Positions 26,601-38,400 of a DNA stretch of 64,000 nucleotides are shown piece by piece. The position numbers and the translations under genes are program-made. Source of the DNA: Yuukianura sp. NJ FZ-2021. Lineage: Eukaryota. The stretch lies in assembly GCA_046563655.1 (NCBI GenBank), contig CM102283.1, positions 4,154,001 to 4,218,000 of the forward strand. Reading direction: 5' to 3'. A model generated the notes under the pieces. The model searched no databases, was not told the DNA's origin, and saw only the letters and a program-made list of their open reading frames with translations. Every line of letters starts with the position of its first letter. Within the stretch, counting starts at the first letter, position 1.

Positions 26601-29600
26601 AGGCACGACACAGCAAATGAAAGTGGGATCCTGTAGCACTTTTTATGAGGATTTCAAAAATGTAGTTGACTTTTACCCAGCATCGTTGCGGAATGCATTT
26701 CTTTTGAATTCTTTGTTTTGAAACTTGAATTTTCATAAAGAAAGGTAACAAGATGAGGCACGACACAGCAAGTGAAAGTGGGTTCCTGTAGCACTTTTTA
26801 TGAGGATTTCAAAAATGTAGTCGACTTTCTGCTCATTCTCACATTTGCGTGCTCAATCTCACAAATTTAAGTCGTTTTCGACAAAATGGTGCTCGGCATT
26901 GCCCTGGGTGCCGTATTCCAACCCGAGATAAAATACGAGGTTGAGCGGTTCATTCAGACTTTCAAGTACGCTCTAACCAGATTTAATTGCGATCTATCCA
27001 CGCCAATTAAACTTGGGTTCCTGTAGTACTTTTCAGGAGGATTTCAGAAAAGTAACTCATTTTCACACGGCATCGCTCCGCGTGGAGGTTTTTCGAATAA
27101 TTTGTTTTGAAACAAATTTTCATAAAAAAAGTCAGAAGATGAGGGACGAAACAGCAAGTGAAAGCGGGTTCCCGTAGCCCTTTTTATGAGGATTTCAAAA
27201 ATATAGTTGAGTTTTACCAAAGCATCGTTCCGGAATGCATTTCTTTTGAATTCTTTGTTTTGAAACATGAATTTTCATAAATAAAGGTAACAAGATGATG
27301 GACGACACAGCAAATGAAAGCGGGTTCCTGTAGTCCTTTTAATGAGGATTTCAAAAATATAGTTGACTCTTACCTAGCATCGTTCCGGAATGCATTTCTT
27401 TTAAATTCTTTGTTTTGAAACTTGAATTTTTATAAATAAAGGTAACAAGATGAGGCACGACACAGCAAGTGAAAGTGGGTTCCTGTAGCACTTTTTATGA
27501 GGATTTCAAAAATGTAGTTGACTTTTACCTAGCATCGTTCCGGAATGCATTTCTTTTAAATTCTTTGTTTTGAAACATGAATTTTCATGAATAAAGGTAA
27601 CAAGATGAGGGACGACACGGCAAGTGAACGTGGGTTCCTGTAGCACATTTTACGAGGATTTCAAAAATGTAGTTGACTCTTACCTAGCATCGTTCCGGAA
27701 TGCATTTCTTTTAAATTCTTTGTTTTGAAACTTGAATTTTTATAAATAAAGGTAACAAGATGAGGCACGACACAGCAAGTGAAAGTGGGTTCCTGTAGCA
27801 CTTTTTATGAGGATTTCAAAAATGTAGTTGACTTTTACCTAGCATCGTTCCGGAATGCATTTCTTTTGAATTCTTTGTTTTGAAACTTGAATTTTCATAA
27901 ATAAAGGTAACAAGATGAGGCACGACACAGCAAGTGAAAGTGGGTTCCTGTAGCACTTTTTATGAGGATTTCAAAAATGTAGTTTCGACTTTTAGGCATT
28001 CTCACATTTGCATCGTTCCGGAATCTCACAAATTTAACTCGTTTTCGTCAAAATGGTGCTCGACATTGCCCTGGGTGCCGTATTCCAACCCGAGATAAAA
28101 TCCGAGGTTGAGCGGTTCATTCAGACTTTCAAGTACGCTCTAACCAGATTTAATTGCGATCCACGCCTATCCACGCCAATTAAACTTGGGTTCCTGTAGT
28201 ACTTTTCAGGAGGATTTCAGAAAAGTAGTTGTCCTCATTTTCACACGGCATCGCTCCGCGTGGAGGTTTTCGAATAATTTGTTTTGAAACAAATTTTCAT
28301 AAAAAAAGTCAGAAGATGAGGGACGAACACAGCAAGTGAAAGCGGGTTCCTGTAGCACTTTTTATGAGGATTTCAAAAATGAAAGTGGGACTTTTGTAGC
28401 ATCGTTTTCCGGACAAAATGGTGCATTTCTTGCCCTGGGTGCTTTTGACCAACCCAAGATAAACTCCGAGGAGTTCCAGACTCTGTTTATTCAACACAAA
28501 TCAAAGTGGGTTTGTGGTAGCTTTTCAGGAGGTTTTCACACGGCATCGTTACCTAGCATCAAATTCTTTGTTTTGAAACTTGAATTTTCATAAAAAATAA
28601 AGGTAACAGAAGATGAGGGACGACACAGCAAGTGAAAGTGGGTTCCTGTAGCACTTTTTATGAGGATTTCAAAAAGTAATTTAGTTTCTGTTTATTCTCA
28701 CATTTGCATGTTCATTCTCACAAATTTAACTCTCAAAATGGTGCTCGACATTGCCCTGGGTGCCGTATTCCAACCCGAGATAAAATCCGAGGTTGAGCGG
28801 TTCATTCAGACTTTCAAGTACGCTCTAACCAGATTTAATTGCGATCTATCCACGCCAATTAAACTTGGGTTCCTGTAGTACTTTTCAGGAGGATTTCAGA
28901 AAAGTAACTCATTTTCACACGGCATCGCTCCGCGTGGAGGTTTTTCGAATAATTTGTTTTGAAACAAATTTTCATAAAAAAAGTAACAGAAGATGAGGGA
29001 CGAAACAGCAAGTGAAAGCGGGTTCCCGTAGCCCTTTTTATGAGGATTTCAAAAATATAGTTGACTTTTACCAAAGCATCGTTCCGGAATGCATTTCTTT
29101 TGAATTCTTTGTTTTGAAACATGAATTTTCATAAATAAAGGTAACAAGATGATGGACGACACAGCAAATGAAAGCGGGTTCTTGTAGTCCTTTTTATGAG
29201 GATTTCAAAAATATAGTTGACTCTTACCTAGCATCGTTCCGGAATGCATTTCTTTTAAATTCTTTGTTTTGAAACTTGAATTTTTATAAATAAAGGTAAC
29301 AAGATGAGGCACGACACAGCAAGTGAAAGTGGGTTCCTGTAGCACTTTTTATGAGGATTTCAAAAATGTAGTTGACTTTTACCTAGCATCGTTCCGGAAT
29401 GCATTTCTTTTAAATTCTTTGTTTTGAAACATGAATTTTCATGAATAAAGGTAACAAGATGAGGGACGACACGGCAAGTGAACGTGGGTTCCTGTAGCAC
29501 ATTTTATGAGGGTTTCAAAAATGTAGTTGACTTTTACCTAGCATCGTTCCGGAATGCATTTCTTTTAAATTCTTTGTTTTGAAACATGAATTTTCATAAA

Positions 29601-32600
29601 TAAAGGTAACAAGATGAGGGACGACACGGCAAGTGAAAGTGGGTTCCTGTAGCACATTTTATGAGGGTTTCAAAAATGTAGTTGACTTTTACCTAGCATC
29701 GTTCCGGAATGCATTTCTTTTAAACTCTTTGTTTTGAAACTTGAATTTTTATAAATAAAGGTAACAAGATGAGGCACGACACAGCAAATGAAAGTGGGAT
29801 CCTGTAGCACTTTTTATGAGGATTTCAAAAATGTAGTTGACTTTTACCCAGCATCGTTGCGGAATGCATTTCTTTTGAATTCTTTGTTTTGAAACTTGAA
29901 TTTTCATAAAGAAAGGTAACAAGATGAGGCACGACACAGCAAGTGAAAGTGGGTTCCTGTAGCACTTTTTATGAGGATTTCAAAAATGTAGTCGACTTTC
30001 TGCTCATTCTCACATTTGCGTGCTCAATCTCACAAATTTAAGTCGTTTTCGACAAAATGGTGCTCGGCATTGCCCTGGGTGCCGTATTCCAACCCGAGAT
30101 AAAATCCGAGGTTGAGCGGTTCATTCAGACTTTCAAGTACGCTCTAACCAGATTTAATTGCGATCTATCCACGCCAATTAAACTTGGGTTCCTGTAGTAC
30201 TTTTCAGGAGGATTTCAGAAAAGTAACTCATTTTCACACGGCATCGCTCCGCGTGGAGGTTTTTCGAATAATTTGTTTTGAAACAAATTTTCATAAAAAA
30301 AAGTCAGAAGATGAGGGACGAAACAGCAAGTGAAAGCGGGTTCCCGTAGCCCTTTTTATGAGGATTTCAAAAATATAGTTGAGTTTTACCAAAGCATCGT
30401 TCCGGAATGCATTTCTTTTGAATTCTTTGTTTTGAAACATGAATTTTCATAAATAAAGGTAACAAGATGATGGACGACACAGCAAATGAAAGCGGGTTCT
30501 TGTAGTCCTTTTAATGAGGATTTCAAAAATATAGTTGACTCTTACCTAGCATCGTTCCGGAATGCATTTCTTTTAAATTCTTTGTTTTGAAACTTGAATT
30601 TTTATAAATAAAGGTAACAAGATGAGGCACGACACAGCAAGTGAAAGTGGGTTCCTGTAGCACTTTTTATGAGGATTTCAAAAATGTAGTTGACTTTTAC
30701 CTAGCATCGTTCCGGAATGCATTTCTTTTAAATTCTTTGTTTTGAAACATGAATTTTCATGAATAAAGGTAACAAGATGAGGGACGACACGGCAAGTGAA
30801 CGTGGGTTCCTGTAGCACATTTTATGAGGGTTTCAAAAATGTAGTTGACTTTTACCTAGCATCGTTCCGGAATGCATTTCTTTTAAATTCTTTGTTTTGA
30901 AACATGAATTTTCATAAATAAAGGTAACAAGATGAGGGACGACACGGCAAGTGAAAGTGGGTTCCTGTAGCACATTTTATGAGGGTTTCAAAAATGTAGT
31001 TGACTTTTACCTAGCATCGTTCCGGAATGCATTTCTTTTAAACTCTTTGTTTTGAAACTTGAATTTTTATAAATAAAGGTAACAAGATGAGGCACGACAC
31101 AGCAAATGAAAGTGGGATCCTGTAGCACTTTTTATGAGGATTTCAAAAATGTAGTTGACTTTTACCCAGCATCGTTGCGGAATGCATTTCTTTTGAATTC
31201 TTTGTTTTGAAACTTGAATTTTCATAAAGAAAGGTAACAAGATGAGGCACGACACAGCAAGTGAAAGTGGGTTCCTGTAGCACTTTTTATGAGGATTTCA
31301 AAAATGTAGTCGACTTTCTGCTCATTCTCACATTTGCGTGCTCAATCTCACAAATTTAAGTCGTTTTCGACAAAATGGTGCTCGGCATTGCCCTGGGTGC
31401 CGTATTCCAACCCGAGATAAAATCCGAGGTTGAGCGGTTCATTCAGACTTTCAAGTACGCTCTAACCAGATTTAATTGCGATCTATCCACGCCAATTAAA
31501 CTTGGGTTCCTGTAGTACTTTTCAGGAGGATTTCAGAAAAGTAACTCATTTTCACACGGCATCGCTCCGCGTGGAGGTTTTTCGAATAATTTGTTTTGAA
31601 ACAAATTTTCATAAAAAAAAGTCAGAAGATGAGGGACGAAACAGCAAGTGAAAGCGGGTTCCCGTAGCCCTTTTTATGAGGATTTCAAAAATATAGTTGA
31701 GTTTTACCAAAGCATCGTTCCGGAATGCATTTCTTTTGAATTCTTTGTTTTGAAACATGAATTTTCATAAATAAAGGTAACAAGATGATGGACGACACAG
31801 CAAATGAAAGCGGGTTCTTGTAGTCCTTTTAATGAGGATTTCAAAAATATAGTTGACTCTTACCTAGCATCGTTCCGGAATGCATTTCTTTTAAATTCTT
31901 TGTTTTGAAACTTGAATTTTTATAAATAAAGGTAACAAGATGAGGCACGACACAGCAAGTGAAAGTGGGTTCCTGTAGCACTTTTTATGAGGATTTCAAA
32001 AATGTAGTTGACTTTTACCTAGCATCGTTCCGGAATGCATTTCTTTTAAATTCTTTGTTTTGAAACATGAATTTTCATGAATAAAGGTAACAAGATGAGG
32101 GACGACACGGCAAGTGAACGTGGGTTCCTGTAGCACATTTTATGAGGGTTTCAAAAATGTAGTTGACTTTTACCTAGCATCGTTCCGGAATGCATTTCTT
32201 TTAAATTCTTTGTTTTGAAACTTGAATTTTTATAAATAAAGGTAACAAGATGAGGCACGACACAGCAAGTGAAAGTGGGTTCCTGTAGCACTTTTTATGA
32301 GGATTTCAAAAATGTAGTTGACTTTTACCTAGCATCGTTCCGGAATGCATTTCTTTTAAATTCTTTGTTTTGAAACATGAATTTTCATGAATAAAGGTAA
32401 CAAGATGAGGGACGACACGGCAAGTGAACGTGGGTTCCTGTAGCACATTTTATGAGGGTTTCAAAAATGTAGTTGACTTTTACCTAGCATCGTTCCGGAA
32501 TGCATTTCTTTTAAATTCTTTGTTTTGAAACATGAATTTTCATAAATAAAGGTAACAAGATGAGGGACGACACGGCAAGTGAAAGTGGGTTCCTGTAGCA

Positions 32601-35400
32601 CATTTTATGAGGGTTTCAAAAATGTAGTTGACTTTTACCTAGCATCGTTCCGGAATGCATTTCTTTTAAACTCTTTGTTTTGAAACTTGAATTTTTATAA
32701 ATAAAGGTAACAAGATGAGGCACGACACAGCAAATGAAAGTGGGATCCTGTAGCACTTTTTATGAGGATTTCAAAAATGTAGTTGACTTTTACCCAGCAT
32801 CGTTGCGGAATGCATTTCTTTTGAATTCTTTGTTTTGAAACTTGAATTTTCATAAAGAAAGGTAACAAGATGAGGCACGACACAGCAAGTGAAAGTGGGT
32901 TCCTGTAGCACTTTTTATGAGGATTTCAAAAATGTAGTCGACTTTCTGCTCATTCTCACATTTGCGTGCTCAATCTCACAAATTTAAGTCGTTTTCGACA
33001 AAATGGTGCTCGGCATTGCCCTGGGTGCCGTATTCCAACCCGAGATAAAATCCGAGGTTGAGCGGTTCATTCAGACTTTCAAGTACGCTCTAACCAGATT
33101 TAATTGCGATCTATCCACGCCAATTAAACTTGGGTTCCTGTAGTACTTTTCAGGAGGATTTCAGAAAAGTAACTCATTTTCACACGGCATCGCTCCGCGT
33201 GGAGGTTTTTCGAATAATTTGTTTTGAAACAAATTTTCATAAAAAAAGTCAGAAGATGAGGGACGAAACAGCAAGTGAAAGCGGGTTCCCGTAGCCCTTT
33301 TTATGAGGATTTCAAAAATATAGTTGAGTTTTACCAAAGCATCGTTCCGGAATGCATTTCTTTTGAATTCTTTGTTTTGAAACATGAATTTTCATAAATA
33401 AAGGTAACAAGATGATGGACGACACAGCAAATGAAAGCGGGTTCTTGTAGTCCTTTTAATGAGGATTTCAAAAATATAGTTGACTCTTACCTAGCATCGT
33501 TCCGGAATGCATTTCTTTTAAATTCTTTGTTTTGAAACTTGAATTTTTATAAATAAAGGTAACAAGATGAGGCACGACACAGCAAGTGAAAGTGGGTTCC
33601 TGTAGCACTTTTTATGAGGATTTCAAAAATGTAGTTGACTTTTACCTAGCATCGTTCCGGAATGCATTTCTTTTAAATTCTTTGTTTTGAAACATGAATT
33701 TTCATGAATAAAGGTAACAAGATGAGGGACGACACGGCAAGTGAACGTGGGTTCCTGTAGCACATTTTATGAGGGTTTCAAAAATGTAGTTGACTTTTAC
33801 CTAGCATCGTTCCGGAATGCATTTCTTTTAAATTCTTTGTTTTGAAACATGAATTTTCATAAATAAAGGTAACAAGATGAGTAACGACACGGCAAGTGAA
33901 CGTGGGTTCCTGTAGCACATTTTATGAGCGTTTCAAAAATGTAGTTGACTTTTACCTAGCATCGTTCCGGAATGCATTTCTTTTAAATTCTTTGTTTTGA
34001 AACTTGAATTTTCATAAATAAAGGTAACAAGATGAGGCACGACACAGCAAGTGAAAGTGGGTTCCTGTAGCACTTTTTACGAGGATTTCAAAAATGTAGT
34101 TGACTTTTACCTAGCATCGTTCCGGAATGCATTTCTTTTAAATTCTTTGTTTTGAAACATGAATTTTCATGAATAAAGGTAACAAGATGAGGGACGACAC
34201 GGCAAGTGAACGTGGGTTCCTGTAGCACATTTTATGAGGGTTTCAAAAATGTAGTTGACTTTTACCTAGCATCGTTCCGGAATGCATTTCTTTTAAATTC
34301 TTTGTTTTGAAACATGAATTTTCATAAATAAAGGTAACAAGATGAGTAACGACACGGCAAGTGAACGTGGGTTCCTGTAGCACATTTTATGAGCGTTTCA
34401 AAAATGTAGTTGACTTTTACCTAGCATCGTTCCGGAATGCATTTCTTTTAAATTCTTTGTTTTGAAACTTGAATTTTCATAAAGAAAGGTAACAAGATGA
34501 GGCACGACACAGCAAGTGAAAGTGGGTTCCTGTAGCACTTTTTATGAGGATTTCAAAAATGTAGTCGACTTTCTGCTCATTCTCACATTTGCGTGCTCAA
34601 TCTCACAAATTTAAGTCGTTTTCGACAAAATGGTGCTCGGCATTGCCCTGGGTGCCGTATTCCAACCCGAGATAAAATCCGAGGTTGAGCGGTTCATTCA
34701 GACTTTCAAGTACGCTCTAACCAGATTTAATTGCGATCTATCCACGCCAATTAAACTTGGGTTCCTGTAGTACTTTTCAGGAGGATTTCAGAAAAGTAAC
34801 TCATTTTCACACGGCATCGCTCCGCGTGGAGGTTTTTCGAATAATTTGTTTTGAAACAAATTTTCATAAAAAAGTCAGAAGATGAGGGACGAAACAGCAA
34901 GTGAAAGCGGGTTCCCGTAGCCCTTTTTATGAGGATTTCAAAAATATAGTTGAGTTTTACCAAAGCATCGTTCCGGAATGCATTTCTTTTGAATTCTTTG
35001 TTTTGAAACATGAATTTTCATAAATAAAGGTAACAAGATGATGGACGACACAGCAAATGAAAGCGGGTTCTTGTAGTCCTTTTAATGAGGATTTCAAAAA
35101 TGTAGTTGACTTTTACCTAGCATCGTTCCGGAATGCATTTCTTTTAAATTCTTTGTTTTGAAACATGAATTTTCATGAATAAAGGTAACAAGATGAGGGA
35201 CGACACGGCAAGTGAACGTGGGTTCCTGTAGCACATTTTATGAGGGTTTCAAAAATGTAGTTGACTTTTACCTAGCATCGTTCCGGAATGCATTTCTTTT
35301 AAATTCTTTGTTTTGAAACTTGAATTTTCATAAATAAAGGTAACAAGATGAGGCACGACACAGCAAGTGAAAGTGGGTTCCTGTAGCACTTTTTACGAGG
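17600..35400. repeat. Array 1 domain II: longer monomer runs, 774-bp 5-mer and ~1317-bp HORs, mainly A/B chimeric inserts
   Basis: Diagnostic variants ttttaaattc (EcoRI site lost), gtgaacgtggg, gcacatttt, ccaaagc and gttgcggaa. ORF-track spacings are 25261-26578 (1317), 29749-31067 (1318) and 31067-32695 (1628). Confidence 0.88.
23577..23761 (+). mobile_element. Representative A/B chimeric insert
   Basis: The 5' part is allele A (gcgtgctcaatc...ttttcgacaaaatggtgctcggc) and the 3' part is allele B (gtattccaacccgagataaaatccgaggttgag). Further copies start at ~25512, 26829, 30000, 31318, 32946 and 34573. Confidence 0.85.
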
Positions 35401-38400
35401 ATTTCAAAAATGTAGTTGACTTTTACCTAGCATCGTTCCGGAATGCATTTCTTTTGAATTCTTTGTTTTGAAACTTGAATTTTCATAAATAAAGGTAACA
35501 AGATGAGGGACGACACGGCAAGTGAAAGTGGGATCCTGTAGCACCTTTTATGAGGATTTCAAAAATGTAGTTGACTTTTACCCAGCATCGTTCCGGAATG
35601 CATTTCTTTTGAATTCTTTGTTTTGAAACTTGAATTTTCATAAAGAAAGGTAACAAGATGAGGCACGACACAGCAAGTGAAAGTGGGTTCCTGTAGCACT
35701 TTTTATGAGGATTTCAAAAATGTAGTCGACTTTCTGCTCATTCTCACATTTGCGTGCTCAATCTCACAAATTTAAGTCGTTTTCGACAAAATGGTGCTCG
35801 GCATTGCCCTGGGTGCCGTTTACCAACCCAAGATAAACTCCGAGGCAGAGCGGTTCATCCAGACTTTTAAGTACACTCTAACCAGATTTAATGGCGATCT
35901 ATCCACGCCAATCAAACTTGGGTTCCTGTAGTACTTTTCAGGAGGATTTCAGAAAAGTAACTCATTTTCACACGGCATTCCTCCGCGTGGAGGTTTTTCG
36001 AATAATTTGTTTTGAAACAAATTTTCATAAAAAAAATTCAGAAGATGAGGGACGAAACAGCAAGTGAAAGTGGGTTCCTGTAGCACTTTTTACGAGGATT
36101 TCAAAAATGTAGTTGACTTTTACCTAGCATCGTTCCGGAATGCATTTCTTTTGAATTCTTTGTTTTGAAACTTGAATTTTCATAAATAAAGGTAACAAGA
36201 TGAGGGACGACACGGCAAGTGAAAGTGGGATCCTGTAGCACCTTTTATGAGGATTTCAAAAATGTAGTTGACTTTTACCCAGCATCGTTCCGGAATGCAT
36301 TTCTTTTGAATTCTTTGTTTTGAAACTTGAATTTTCATAAAGAAAGGTAACAAGATGAGGCACGACACAGCAAGTGAAAGTGGGTTCCTGTAGCACTTTT
36401 TATGAGGATTTCAAAAATGTAGTCGACTTTCTGCTCATTCTCACATTTGCGTGCTCAATCTCACAAATTTAAGTCGTTTTCGACAAAATGGTGCTCGGCA
36501 TTGCCCTGGGTGCCGTTTACCAACCCAAGATAAACTCCGAGGCAGAGCGGTTCATCCAGACTTTTAAGTACACTCTAACCAGATTTAATGGCGATCTATC
36601 CACGCCAATCAAACTTGGGTTCCTGTAGTACTTTTCAGGAGGATTTCAGAAAAGTAACTCATTTTCACACGGCATTCCTCCGCGTGGAGGTTTTTCGAAT
36701 AATTTGTTTTGAAACAAATTTTCATAAAAAAAATTCAGAAGATGAGGGACGAAACAGCAAGTGAAAGTGGGTTCCTGTAGCACTTTTTATGAGCATTTCA
36801 AAAATGTAATTTAGTTTCTGTTTATTCTCACATTTGCATGTTCATTCTCACAAATTTAAGTCGTTTTGTGTCAAAATGGTGCTCGACATTGCCCTGGGTG
36901 CCGTATTCCAACCCGAGATAAAATCCGAGGTTGAGCGGTTCATTCAGACTTTCAAGTACGCTCTAACCAGATTTAATTGCGATCTATCCACGCCAATTAA
37001 ACTTGGGTTCCTGTAGTACTTTTCAGGAGGATTTCAGAAAAGTAACTCATTTTCACACGGCATCGCTCCGCGTGGAGGTTTTTCGAATAATTTGTTTTGA
37101 AACAAATTTTCATAAAAAAAGTCAGAAGATGAGGGACGAAACAGCAAGTGAAAGCGGGTTCCCGTAGCCCTTTTTATGAGGATTTCAAAAATATAGTTGA
37201 CTCTTACCTAGCATCGTTCCGGAATGCATTTCTTTTAAATTCTTTGTTTTGAAACTTGAATTTATATAAATAAAGGTAACAAGATGAGGCACGACACAGC
37301 AAGTGAAAGTGGGTTCCTGTAGCACTTTTTATGAGGATTTCAAAAATGTAGTTGACTTTTACCTAGCATCGTTCCGGAATGCATTTCTTTTAAATTCTTT
37401 GTTTTGAAACATGAATTTTCATAAATAAAGGTAACAAGATGAGGGACGACACGGCAAGTGAAAGTGGGATCCTGTAGCACATTTTATGAGGGTTTCAAAA
37501 ATGTAGTTGACTTTTACCTAGCATCGTTCCGGAATGCATTTCTTTTAAATTCTTTGTTTTGAAACTTGAATTTTTATAAATATAGGTAACAAGATGAGGC
37601 ACGACACAGCAAGTGAAAGTGGGATCCTGTAGCACCTTTTATGAGGATTTCAAAAATGTAGTTGACTTTTACCCAGCATCGTTCCGGAATGCATTTCTTT
37701 TGAATTCTTTGTTTTGAAACTTGAATTTTCATAAAGAAAGGTAACAAGATGAGGCACGACACAGCAAGTGAAAGTGGGTTCCTGTAGCACTTTTTATGAG
37801 GATTTCAAAAATGTAGTCGACTTTCTGTTCATTCTCACATTTGCGTGCTCAATCTCACAAATTTAAGTCGTTTTCGACAAAATGGTGCTCGGCATTGCCC
37901 TGGGTGCCGTTTACCAACCCAAGATAAACTCCGAGGCAGAGCGGTTCATCCAGACTTTTAAGTACACTCTAACCAGATTTAATGGCGATCTATCCACGCA
38001 AATCAAACTTGGGTTCCTGTAGTACTTTTCAGGAGGATTTCAGAAAAGTAACTCATTTTCACACGGCATTCCTCCGCGTGGAGGTTTTTCGAATAATTTG
38101 TTTTGAAACAAATTTTCATAAAAAAAATTCAGAAGATGAGGGACGAAACAGCAAGTGAAAGTGGGTTCCTGTAGCACTTTTTATGAGCATTTCAAAAATG
38201 TAATTTAGTTTCTGTTTATTCTCACATTTGCATGTTCATTCTCACAAATTTAAGTCGTTTTGTGTCAAAATGGTGCTCGACATTGCCCTGGGTGCCGTAT
38301 TCCAACCCGAGATAAAATCCGAGGTTGAGCGGTTCATTCAGACTTTCAAGTACGCTCTAACCAGATTTAATTGCGATCTATCCACGCCAATTAAACTTGG

